Shown: positions 17,726 to 26,301 of the stretch, one piece after another
Layout of the letters: the number at the start of each line of letters is the position of its first letter
How positions within the stretch are numbered: position 1 is the first letter of the stretch
NCBI GenBank assembly: GCA_013286795.1
Contig: JABDFA010000005.1
Coordinates: forward strand, 10,911 to 74,910
Length of the DNA: 64,000 bases
Direction of reading: 5' to 3'
Source: Candidatus Babelota bacterium
GTDB lineage: Bacteria > Babelota > Babeliae > Babelales > JABDEC01
The notes under the pieces: model-generated
Seen by the model: only the letters and a program-made list of their open reading frames with translations
Databases searched by the model: none
Told to the model about the DNA's origin: nothing
Program-made: the position numbers and the translations under genes

Positions 17726-18577
17726 ATGCCACAGTTAACACATATGCGTCAGCGCATTAAGGCCATAGAAACTATTAAAAAAATTACTAATGCTATGCGC
17801 CTTATATCAATGTCCAGCCATTTACATCTAAGTAAAAAAGCTCCTTTTATTCAAAATTACAAAAAAGAGCTTTTTAACACTTTAAATGTGTTTTTATCTC
17901 TTGAGAAAAAATGGCAAGGAATATTAAATCCCAAATCTGAAAACAAAAAAACATTAATAATATTAGTTGGTTCACAAAAAGGCCTTTGTGGAACATTCAA
18001 CAATACACTTTTTAATCTTTTTGAAAAAAAAGTAACTCCAGAAGAGTTTAATTCAGATTTTATAAGTGTAGGCAAAAAGGCAACAGACTATCTTAAAAAA
18101 GAAAACATAAAACTCATAGCTACTTTTGATCAATTCACATTTAATTCGCTAAACAAAATAACCAACAACATATTTCAAATAATCCAAAAAGCAAATCCCA
18201 TTTATACAGACGTTATATGTTATAGCAATAGCCCAAAAAGTTTTTTCTCACAAGTGCCTGAAAGATATATCCTAGTCCCAGCTCAATCTGAAGAGTTTAA
18301 AAGCGAACAAGAATTTGTAAAAATTAATTATCAAGATTACATTTGGGAACAACCCGCTGAAGATGTTGCAAATACTATAACAAATGAATACCTTAAATTT
18401 GCAATCCAATCCATTCTCTTTAATTCAATTTTTGCCGAACAAGCAGCTAGGTTTCAATCTATGGATAGTGCTACAAGAAATGCTGACGAGCTTCTTGAAG
18501 ATATGAAGCGCCTCTACAACAAAGTCCGTCAGACCAAAATCACCAAAGAAATCACCGAACTTTCCAGCTCAATGTAA
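17726..18577 (+). CDS. atpG: F-type ATP synthase gamma subunit (isolated from other atp genes)
   Basis: 283 aa. N-terminus MRQRIKAIETIKKITNAMRLISMS and C-terminus AARFQSMDSATRNADELLEDMKRLYNKVRQTKITKEITE are canonical gamma helices. Confidence 0.85.
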   Translation: MPQLTHMRQRIKAIETIKKITNAMRLISMSSHLHLSKKAPFIQNYKKELFNTLNVFLSLEKKWQGILNPKSENKKTLIILVGSQKGLCGTFNNTLFNLFEKKVTPEEFNSDFISVGKKATDYLKKENIKLIATFDQFTFNSLNKITNNIFQIIQKANPIYTDVICYSNSPKSFFSQVPERYILVPAQSEEFKSEQEFVKINYQDYIWEQPAEDVANTITNEYLKFAIQSILFNSIFAEQAARFQSMDSATRNADELLEDMKRLYNKVRQTKITKEITELSSSM

Positions 18578-18611
18578 TATTTTCCAGAGTAAATTTTTCT
18601 ATTGCTCGATA

Positions 18612-18639
18612 TTGACAATTTGAAGAATATCTATATAAT
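18612..18639 (+). promoter_or_regulatory. sigma70-like promoter (TTGACA-16 nt-TATAAT)
   Basis: TTGACA at 18612-18617 and TATAAT at 18634-18639, about 50 nt upstream of the ATG at 18689. AT-rich background raises the chance-match risk. Confidence 0.45.
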
Positions 18640-18688
18640 TATTTAATAATAAGTGATTTTTGTAATATTTAATCAAAATAGGGGCTTT

Positions 18689-20296
18689 ATGAACAGAATA
18701 TTAAAATTAGCGTTATTTTTAGTGATTTGCCAGGTTATTTCTATATCGGCTATGCAAGACAATGACAATTTAATTATACCTGAAGTAGAAACAAGAAGAA
18801 ATCAAGAACATGATATACCTTTAGCAGAACAAAAACGTGCCACTGAAGATAAAGAAGAAAGCGAACTTAAACAAGCTGCTCAAACAGAAACAAAAGAAAG
18901 AGAAGAAAAGGTTGAAACAGAAGCTATAGCTCCTACCCCTGAAGATCAAATAAGACGTTTTGGTTCTCTTGAAAATTTAGCAGAAGATCTTGAACAAGGA
19001 AAAAATCCCTATAATCAAGGTGTAAGTTGCACAAGCAATTATAGTCTTATAGAAAACCATTTATTTCATCATAAAAAATCACTAAAAAAACTATTTAAAA
19101 AACATCTTATAAAAAGACAAGAACTTATTAAAAGATCGACCAATCTATCTGAGAATATAATAAATTTAATTCAAGATTATTATCACCCATCTCAATCTCC
19201 AACGGATGTTGTTAGAGAATTTGAAGAATACGCTGAATTTATTAAATCTCAGAAATCTTCAAATGAGATGTGTGCAGAAACCATCGATGAAACAATTACT
19301 GAAATTGAAAAAAGAATATTAAAGCTTTTACAGGATCAGCAAATAACTAATGAAGATCTTAAGAAAATGCTCCAAATAGCTGTTATACATGAGCTAACTG
19401 ATTGGATGGAAAAATTAATTCATCATGGTGCTTTAAAAGATGGTAAAGCAAACGATCTACTCGATGTAGCTACACAACAAGAAAAATTAGTTTCTATTCA
19501 AATGCTCTTAAAAAATAAAAAAGATACAGATATTGATGTTACAAAAGCTCTACTTCAATTATTAGATAATAATACAATAAGTAAAAATCATATTGAAATA
19601 ATAGCAGAATTAATAAATGCAGGAGCTGATGTAAAAAACACCTTAATAAAAGCATGTAGAATTGGAAACATTCAGATCATAGAATTATTCATAAATAATG
19701 GAGCTAATGTAAATAGAGTGCCCACCGCTTTCGACCTTTCACCGTTAATCTTTTCTATAAACAAATATTTATCTCATAAAGAACGTTTTAATGAATTGAG
19801 AACTTCTGAAGATAGATCTAGCTTGAAAGAAGCTGAAGAAGCAACAGATAAATATTTAAAAATTATCGAAATACTAATAAAAAATGGTGCAGATGCCTAT
19901 ATGAAAATTTTGGACGTTTCTGCTTTAGATTTAGCTCGAGGAGCAAATGACATAAATTTAATTCGCATCTTAAGACAAAGTATTATGCCTTATCCTAATT
20001 CTGCTCTCAACATAAATAATGCTATGGGTATAGCTCTACAAGAAAGATTAGATAACTACCAAGAATTATACAACAATAATTATGTTGTAAGAAAAACGAA
20101 AGAGACAAGGGCAAAGTTAGAAAATGCTATGACTACATTAAGACGTGAAATGACACGAGAGAATTTTCGAATATTTATAAATATCATGAAAAATCAACCT
20201 TTGCAAAGTATTAGTGTGTTTTCTTTAGGAGCCTTTTGCATGATTGGAGTATTTAGCACATTGGGATTAAAAATAGAAAAAATTAAGAAATCTTAG
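18689..20296 (+). CDS. ankyrin-repeat protein with signal peptide and C-terminal hydrophobic anchor
   Basis: Start taken at ATG 18689 (MNRILKLALFLVICQVISISA); the track start at 18653 is GTG. Acidic N-terminal region. Ankyrin units (LINAGADVKNTLIKACRIGNIQIIELFINNGANVN; LIKNGADAYMK). C-terminal TM helix ISVFSLGAFCMIGVFSTLGL. Confidence 0.8.
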   Translation: MNRILKLALFLVICQVISISAMQDNDNLIIPEVETRRNQEHDIPLAEQKRATEDKEESELKQAAQTETKEREEKVETEAIAPTPEDQIRRFGSLENLAEDLEQGKNPYNQGVSCTSNYSLIENHLFHHKKSLKKLFKKHLIKRQELIKRSTNLSENIINLIQDYYHPSQSPTDVVREFEEYAEFIKSQKSSNEMCAETIDETITEIEKRILKLLQDQQITNEDLKKMLQIAVIHELTDWMEKLIHHGALKDGKANDLLDVATQQEKLVSIQMLLKNKKDTDIDVTKALLQLLDNNTISKNHIEIIAELINAGADVKNTLIKACRIGNIQIIELFINNGANVNRVPTAFDLSPLIFSINKYLSHKERFNELRTSEDRSSLKEAEEATDKYLKIIEILIKNGADAYMKILDVSALDLARGANDINLIRILRQSIMPYPNSALNINNAMGIALQERLDNYQELYNNNYVVRKTKETRAKLENAMTTLRREMTRENFRIFINIMKNQPLQSISVFSLGAFCMIGVFSTLGLKIEKIKKS

Positions 20297-20298
20297 AC

Positions 20299-21651
20299 TT
20301 AAACATTGCCCTCAGAAAAAACTTTAAGTAGCTCATAAACATTGCTGAAGTGATTAACTTCGTATGAGCCTTTTTCTATTTTCTGGCCGCGGGAAATAAA
20401 AATCTGCTCAATGCCAAATTTTTGTGCCTCACTAATGTGCATAGAAATATTATTTGTAGGTTTAATCTGGCCGGTTAAGCTGATCTCGCCAAGTGAGATT
20501 GATTTAGCTGGTAAAGCTAATTGAAAGAAGCTGGAAAGTAATGCAAGAGCTATGCCAAGATCAGCAGAACTTTCTTTGACCATAAACCCGCCGCTAACTT
20601 TAAAGAAAATATCATGTGAGCTAAATTTTACCTGAAGATATTTTTCTAAAATTGCAGAAATTAAAATAACACGTTTATGATCAACACCTGTGATAACTCG
20701 TTGTGGTACACCAAACTTTGATGGTATTATAAGAGCCTGGAGTTCTAATAATAAAGGTCGGGAACCTTCAAAACAACTAATTAAAACTGATCCAGGAGCA
20801 TACGAAACATTCTGTAAAAGCTGTTGGTTAATATTTGGAACCTCTCTTAAACCTTCAGAACAAATTTCAAAAAAACCGATTTCATTAACAGAACCAAATC
20901 TGTTTTTTACTGAACGTAATACACGAATATTAAGCTGATCTTCACCTTGAAGATAAAAAACAGCATCAACCATATGCTCTAAAGTTTTTGGTCCAGCAAT
21001 CTGACCCTCTTTGGTTATATGTCCGGTTACAATTACAGTAATATTATTTTCTTTTGCAAGTCGCATTAGCCTAAAACCAGCTTCACGAAGTTGCCCAACG
21101 GTACCAGACATAATTTGTTGTGTTTGAGTAAAATAACAGTTTTGTATAGAATCTATAATAACTATTTCAGGCTTTTGTGTTTCACATGTAGCAATTATAG
21201 CATCGAGATTACCTTCATCAGAAAATAACATTTGGCTTTCTTCATGAACTATTCTGTCAAAACGATGTTTGACTTGCGCTATAGATTCCTCTGAAGAAAA
21301 ATAAAAAAGTTTTTTGGATTTCGCTAAATCATGGGCAATTTGTAAAAGCAAAGTAGATTTACCTATTCCTGAATCACCGGTCAAAATTAAAAAAGATCCA
21401 GGAATTAATCCGCCACCTAAAACTCTATCCCATTCATTAAAACTTGAAGATATGCGTTTTTTTTCAAATGAAACAGCTTGAGAAAGTTGCACCATCTGCA
21501 AATTCCCAGCACCCTTAGATGCAGCTACAAATTTATGCTCTTCTTGCTGCACGAATGTATTCCACTCATTACATTCAGGACAACAACCTAACCACTTTGG
21601 AGTCTTATAACCACAACCGGAACAATCGAAAAATGTTTTAATTTTGCTCAT
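20299..21651 (-). CDS. radA: DNA repair protein RadA/Sms
   Basis: 450 aa. N-terminal zinc finger CSGCGYKTPKWLGCCPECNEWNTF, Walker A GDSGIGKSTLLLQ, KNRFG motif, Lon-like C-terminal domain. Confidence 0.96.
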   Translation of the reverse strand: MSKIKTFFDCSGCGYKTPKWLGCCPECNEWNTFVQQEEHKFVAASKGAGNLQMVQLSQAVSFEKKRISSSFNEWDRVLGGGLIPGSFLILTGDSGIGKSTLLLQIAHDLAKSKKLFYFSSEESIAQVKHRFDRIVHEESQMLFSDEGNLDAIIATCETQKPEIVIIDSIQNCYFTQTQQIMSGTVGQLREAGFRLMRLAKENNITVIVTGHITKEGQIAGPKTLEHMVDAVFYLQGEDQLNIRVLRSVKNRFGSVNEIGFFEICSEGLREVPNINQQLLQNVSYAPGSVLISCFEGSRPLLLELQALIIPSKFGVPQRVITGVDHKRVILISAILEKYLQVKFSSHDIFFKVSGGFMVKESSADLGIALALLSSFFQLALPAKSISLGEISLTGQIKPTNNISMHISEAQKFGIEQIFISRGQKIEKGSYEVNHFSNVYELLKVFSEGNV

Positions 21652-21682
21652 AGCAATACTTTTATTTTAAGAATAATAACTT

Positions 21683-21748
21683 ATCCTTCGACTTCGTTCC
21701 TCATTGTGCTTAAGCACAATTCGTCACTTCCCTCAGGATGACTGGAGA
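21683..21748 (+). repeat. GC-rich palindromic repeat, family A, copy 1
   Basis: atccttcgacttcgttcc..cattgtgcttaagcacaatt..cacttccctcaggatgactggaga. About 4 mismatches to the copy at 22185-22250. Confidence 0.8.
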
Positions 21749-21823
21749 AAACAAGCATTTCTCTAAACTTAAGTAAATAAAAACAAAATTTATATTTATC
21801 AATCTAAATAGTAAAATTAGGAA

Positions 21824-22174
21824 TCAACCAGAACCATCCACCATCCGGTCATCCTGAGGGAAGCGCGAAGCGCGAAGTCGAAGGATCTCTTTTTCTTTCT
21901 TTGTAACAAATCCTTCCAATGCTTCCCATCCATGATTTATTAAAACTTCTTTTTTATCTCTTGTCCAACCTTTTAACTTGTGCTCTGCATTAAATGCTTC
22001 TGTTCTAGTTGAAAATTCTTCAAGAAATACTAGCTTCACTGGCAAAAGCGCAGCAGTGTATTCACTAGCCTTCCCTTCAGCATGCTCACATAATCTTTTT
22101 TCTATATTATCAGTGTGACCGATGTAATAAGCGCCGTTTCTGCATCTTAAAATATAAACATAAAATGGTTTCAT
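21824..22174 (-). CDS. stand-alone GIY-YIG (URI) domain nuclease
   Basis: Start at MKPFYVYILRC (cat at 22172-22174). Motifs FYVYIL, YYIGHT, RLCEH, AEHKLKGW. The last ~20 codons (LRLRASRFPQDDRMVDGSG) come from an inverted repeat copy. The track's N-terminal extension lies in repeat copy 2. Confidence 0.8.
   Translation of the reverse strand: MKPFYVYILRCRNGAYYIGHTDNIEKRLCEHAEGKASEYTAALLPVKLVFLEEFSTRTEAFNAEHKLKGWTRDKKEVLINHGWEALEGFVTKKEKEILRLRASRFPQDDRMVDGSG
21845..21886 (-). repeat. GC-rich palindromic repeat, family A, short inverted copy
   Basis: ccggtcatcctgagggaagcgcgaagcgcgaagtcgaaggat is the reverse complement of the family A termini, with a shortened centre. Confidence 0.75.
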
Positions 22175-22184
22175 TTTAAAAATA

Positions 22185-22250
22185 ATCCTTCGACTTCGTT
22201 CCGAATTGTGCTTAAGCACAATTCTCCACTTCCCTCAGGATGACTGGAGA
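22185..22250 (+). repeat. GC-rich palindromic repeat, family A, copy 2
   Basis: atccttcgacttcgttccgaattgtgcttaagcacaattctccacttccctcaggatgactggaga. The centre gaattgtgcttaagcacaattc is a perfect 22-nt palindrome. Confidence 0.8.
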
Positions 22251-22340
22251 AGACAAAGTCACCTAAAAAAAACAAAACAATTATTCAATTATCTTAGAAT
22301 GATTGAAAGAGGTAAATTCTTTCAAAATTTAGCCTAGGAT

Positions 22341-22934
22341 TTAGTTTACACTTTTGTCTATAATATAACAATTACGGCAGCGGGCCTGGTAGCACTCTTG
22401 CGCGCCAATCATAATTAATGGGTCGTTATATTTAGCAGGCATATTATTAACAATTCGTTGAGTAAATTGTGCATCATTTCCACATTCAACGCAGACAGCT
22501 TTAAGCTTTGTAACATTATCAGCAAAGGCAAGTAAAGCGGGCATACAACCAAAAGGTGAGCCACGAAAATCTAAATCTAATCCTGCAGCTATAACACGTT
22601 TGCCGCTATCAACAAGCTTGAAAATAACTTCAACGATATCATTAGAAAAAAATTGCACCTCATCAATACCAATAATATCTGTCTTATCGTGCACTAAATC
22701 TAAAATAATTTTGGGATCGCCAACTTCAAATGCTTGAATTTTACTACCACTATGGGACATTACATACTCAATAGCTCGAACTCTATCCAAAGAATGTTTA
22801 AATGCCAATACATTTAATTTTGCTATTTCAGCTCTTTTTAATCTGCGAATAAGCTCCTCTGTTTTGCCTGAAAACATTGAACCACAAACTACTTCTAATA
22901 CTCCTTTTGTTTTTTCTGTTTTTTTAACGAACAT
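22341..22934 (-). CDS. tdk: thymidine kinase
   Basis: 197 aa. P-loop GSMFSGKTEELIRR, DEVQFF, C-terminal zinc motif CVECG..CRNCY. Confidence 0.95.
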   Translation of the reverse strand: MFVKKTEKTKGVLEVVCGSMFSGKTEELIRRLKRAEIAKLNVLAFKHSLDRVRAIEYVMSHSGSKIQAFEVGDPKIILDLVHDKTDIIGIDEVQFFSNDIVEVIFKLVDSGKRVIAAGLDLDFRGSPFGCMPALLAFADNVTKLKAVCVECGNDAQFTQRIVNNMPAKYNDPLIMIGAQECYQARCRNCYIIDKSVN

Positions 22935-23091
22935 AATTTTACCCTTATTAAAGTTTTTATAATTATTAATTTTAAAGGTAAAAGAAATTTATGTTAAATG
23001 AAACTAAAAAATAAATCTAGTTTTGGTATAATAAATTGATTATTATCAAAATATAGACAAAAACAATTTTTATTTTTTCGAAAGTAACTCT

Positions 23092-24405
23092 ATGCAAGAG
23101 TGTATTATAGTAGAACAAACTCATAACATTGAAGGCGAAATTAGTTTATCTGGAGCAAAAAATGCAGTACTAGTAATCATGGCATCAACATTGCTGAACT
23201 CTGGAAAAAATACACTCAGAAACGTTCCTAATTCAGAAGATGTACTTTGTATGATAAACCTTCTTGAAGAATTAGGCGCACAAGTAAATTTTGATCAATT
23301 AAATAAAGTTTTAGAAATAGATACTTCAACTGTAATAAACTACAAAGTCAGCCCTAATATAATGAAAAAAATGAGGGCTTCTGTTTTAGTAATGGGACCG
23401 TTATTAGCACGGTTTTCAAAAACAGAAATTTCTTTACCCGGTGGTTGCGTATTAGGCAAAAGACCAATAAATTATCATCTTGATAATTTTAAAAAAGTTG
23501 GTGTCACTTTTGAACAATCAGGGGATTATCTTGTTGGATCTACCAATAAACTTTTAGCAAAACGTTTAGCTCTTGAATATCCCAGTGTAGGTGCAACAGA
23601 AAATCTAATGATGTCTGCAGTTCTAACTCAGGGCAAGACTACAATTGTTAACGCTGCTTTAGAACCGGAAGTATTAGATTTAATTGAAGTTCTAAAAAGG
23701 ATGGGTGCAAAAATTTCTATACTTCCACCAGCAACTATAGAAATTGAAGGTGTAAATACTCTTAATGCAGTAGAACATTCAATCTTATGTGACAGGCTTG
23801 AAGCAGGCTCTTTACTCTTGGCTGCTGCAATTACGGGTGGAAATATTCATATTCCCAATGCTTCAGCTAATTTGCTTGATGTATTTCTAATGAAACTAGA
23901 AGAAATGGGCCACTCTATTTTAATTGGACAAAATGGACAATCTATAAGATTAATGGCTTGTAAATCACCAAAAGCTGTTTCATTTAAAACTGCTCCATAT
24001 CCCGGATTTCCAACGGACCTGCAAGCTCCTATGTTAGTCGCTCAAACTTTAGCTGAAGGAGTAAGTGAAATTGAAGAAACTGTTTTTGAAAACAGATTAA
24101 TTCATATATTTGAATTACAAAAAATGGGTGCCAAAATTATTCTTGAAAACAACAATAAAGCTATTATCACCGGTGTAAAAGAATTAGTTGGAACAGAAGT
24201 TGTTGCTAGTGATATTAGAGCATCTTGCGCTCTTGTGTTAGCCGGTCTTGCTGCTAATGGCAAAACTATTGTTAAAGGTGTTCATCACTTTAAACGTGGC
24301 TATGATGCATTGGACCAAAAACTAAGATCTCTAGGCGCTCAAATTAAAATTGAAAAACAAGATATTTTACAAGATATCCCTAAAGAAAAAACTTTGGAAA
24401 TCTAA
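23092..24405 (+). CDS. murA: UDP-N-acetylglucosamine 1-carboxyvinyltransferase
   Basis: 437 aa. ISLSGAKNAVLVIMAS, active-site loop LPGGCVLGKRPINYHL, C-terminus HHFKRGYDALDQKLRSLGA. Confidence 0.96.
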   Translation: MQECIIVEQTHNIEGEISLSGAKNAVLVIMASTLLNSGKNTLRNVPNSEDVLCMINLLEELGAQVNFDQLNKVLEIDTSTVINYKVSPNIMKKMRASVLVMGPLLARFSKTEISLPGGCVLGKRPINYHLDNFKKVGVTFEQSGDYLVGSTNKLLAKRLALEYPSVGATENLMMSAVLTQGKTTIVNAALEPEVLDLIEVLKRMGAKISILPPATIEIEGVNTLNAVEHSILCDRLEAGSLLLAAAITGGNIHIPNASANLLDVFLMKLEEMGHSILIGQNGQSIRLMACKSPKAVSFKTAPYPGFPTDLQAPMLVAQTLAEGVSEIEETVFENRLIHIFELQKMGAKIILENNNKAIITGVKELVGTEVVASDIRASCALVLAGLAANGKTIVKGVHHFKRGYDALDQKLRSLGAQIKIEKQDILQDIPKEKTLEI

Positions 24406-24423
24406 AAGATCTCTTATGAACAC

Positions 24424-24558
24424 CCATTCGTATCTGGAGTTTATCCTATGAAATCGAAGGAACAAGCTTCCGACTTCGCTAAGGCTTCGCCGGACAGGCA
24501 GGACGAACGGGTGCAGGAATAAAACGCGCTCGTGGTGAGCCTGTCGAACCATACGAGC
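24424..24558 (+). repeat. GC-rich palindromic repeat, family B (long variant with internal insertion)
   Basis: ccattcgtatc...caggacgaacgg..aggaataaa..cgctcgtggtgagcctgtcgaaccatacgagc. Matches the reverse complement of 55359-55445 apart from a ~65-nt internal insert. Confidence 0.75.
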
Positions 24559-24592
24559 ATAGTTTAGTAATAGCTCTAAATATAGGAAATTA

Positions 24593-25654
24593 ATGTTTTA
24601 TCACTTAGCTACTTTTTTAAAACCAAGTTTATCTTGTTTTAATCTCATACATTATATATCATTCAGAGCCATATCTGCAATGATAACTACTCTATTATTT
24701 TCCTTTTTAGTAGGTGATTGGTTTATTAAAAAATCTAGCATGTTTAAGGCTGGAACACGTGAGTATACTCCCGAAAATCATAAGAGCAAATCTAGTACAC
24801 CAACCATGGGGGGAATTTTTATTATCACTAACGTTATTATTTCAGTATTGCTTTGGTGTGATCTGACAAATCCAAAAATCTGGATTGCTTTAGGGTGTCT
24901 TATACTTTTTGGAATTATAGGTTTTATAGATGATTGCAGAAAAATAAAAAAACAACGTGGTATTTCAGCCAAAAATAAATTTCTATATCAAGTAACCGGC
25001 GCATTAATTATAGTGCTTTCTTGGTTTATTTTTGTACACCCTGAAACAACTTTATGTATACCATTCTTTAAAAACCTCAATCCCAATTTGGGATTATTTC
25101 TAATCCCATGGGCAATATTTATGATTGTAGGTTACAGTAATGCAGTTAATTTAACCGATGGTCTTGATGGATTGGCAACCAGCTCATTAATAACAAATTT
25201 CACAACATTTACGATAATTGCTTATCTTGCAGGTCATGCGAAAATAGCATCTTATTTACATATACCATTTGCCCAAACTTCTGAAATTGTAGTTTTTAGC
25301 TCAGCTTTAATAGGCGCATGTTTAGGGTTTTTATGGTACAATACATACCCAGCTCAAATTTTCATGGGAGATGTTGGCTCTCTTTCACTTGGAGCTGTTC
25401 TTGCATTAATTGCTCTTATGACAAAACAGGAACTTCTTTTAATTATTTCCGGTGGATTATTTGTAGCAGAAACACTTTCTGTAATCTTACAAGTTTCTTA
25501 TTTTAAATTAACAAAAAAAAGATTATTCAGAATGGCGCCTATACATCACCATTTTGAGTTAATGGGCTGGAAAGAATCAACAATTACAGTGCGCTGTGGA
25601 ATTATTTCTATACTTTTAGCACTCTTGGCTTTAATAACCTTAAAAATTAGATGA
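24593..25654 (+). CDS. mraY: phospho-N-acetylmuramoyl-pentapeptide transferase
   Basis: 353 aa polytopic membrane protein with NAVNLTDGLDGLA, MGDVGSLSLGA, APIHHHFEL. Confidence 0.96.
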   Translation: MFYHLATFLKPSLSCFNLIHYISFRAISAMITTLLFSFLVGDWFIKKSSMFKAGTREYTPENHKSKSSTPTMGGIFIITNVIISVLLWCDLTNPKIWIALGCLILFGIIGFIDDCRKIKKQRGISAKNKFLYQVTGALIIVLSWFIFVHPETTLCIPFFKNLNPNLGLFLIPWAIFMIVGYSNAVNLTDGLDGLATSSLITNFTTFTIIAYLAGHAKIASYLHIPFAQTSEIVVFSSALIGACLGFLWYNTYPAQIFMGDVGSLSLGAVLALIALMTKQELLLIISGGLFVAETLSVILQVSYFKLTKKRLFRMAPIHHHFELMGWKESTITVRCGIISILLALLALITLKIR

Positions 25655-25655
25655 A

Positions 25656-25988
25656 TTATCTTAAGCTAAAAACTATTTTTAGAACTTCATTAATTTGATC
25701 CAAAATCTCAGAATCACAAGATTCAATTTTTTTACCAAGTCTAATTTTATCAATAGATCTCACTTGATCTAAAAGAATTTTTCCCTTTTTAGAACCAACT
25801 TGAATCGCAACATCAAAAGGAAATATCTTTGAAGCCTTACTTGTAATTGGTGCTATAATAACACGTCTAGAAAATTCATTTCCTGCATCATTAGAAATTA
25901 TAATTGCGGGACGTTTTTTATTAATTTCAGATCCTACAGTAGGATCCAAATTTACCCAATAAATTTCACCACGCTTAGGAAAATTCAT
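25656..25988 (-). CDS. mazF: MazF/PemK-family endoribonuclease toxin
   Basis: MNFPKRGEIYWVNLDPTVGSEINKKRPAIIIS..RRVIIAPITSK..LLDQVRSIDKIRL. The start ATG overlaps the antitoxin stop (ATGA). Confidence 0.85.
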   Translation of the reverse strand: MNFPKRGEIYWVNLDPTVGSEINKKRPAIIISNDAGNEFSRRVIIAPITSKASKIFPFDVAIQVGSKKGKILLDQVRSIDKIRLGKKIESCDSEILDQINEVLKIVFSLR

Positions 25989-26212
25989 TTCCAATCCTCT
26001 AAGTCCAAAGCGCTCCAATCTGAAATAGTCTCATTTCTATCAGGATCATTCTCTGCTTGAGCATAAGCTTTTTTTAACAATTCAGTTTTTTCTTGTAAAG
26101 CATCATTGATAGCTTGGGTCACAAATAAACTCATCTTTCTTTGACCTACCAAAGAGTGAAGCAATTTATGTGTATCAGAAGGTATAGAGAATGTAACATT
26201 AACCTTTTTCAT
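25985..26212 (-). CDS. ribbon-helix-helix antitoxin (MazE-like partner)
   Basis: 75 aa. N-terminal beta-strand/RHH pattern MKKVNVTFSIPSDTHKLLHSLV and an acidic C-terminus. 4-nt overlap with the toxin gene. Confidence 0.7.
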   Translation of the reverse strand: MKKVNVTFSIPSDTHKLLHSLVGQRKMSLFVTQAINDALQEKTELLKKAYAQAENDPDRNETISDWSALDLEDWK

Positions 26213-26301
26213 AATAGCCTCCTTTATTCAATAAATACATAATTAATATTTATTATATATTAATCCAATAAAATATACAAGTATTAATAATCAATTTATC
26301 T

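Noticed and set aside
22175-22219. N-terminal extension of the GIY-YIG ORF (MLKHNSERSRRIIFK).
   Set aside because: These codons lie in repeat copy 22185-22250. The conserved GIY-YIG domain begins right at the internal Met (MKPFYVYIL).
24367-24552. 61-aa ORF MVRQAHHERVLFLHPFVLPVRRSLSEVGS.
   Set aside because: It is encoded entirely by the GC-rich family B repeat between murA and mraY. It is an open frame created by repeat composition, not a gene.
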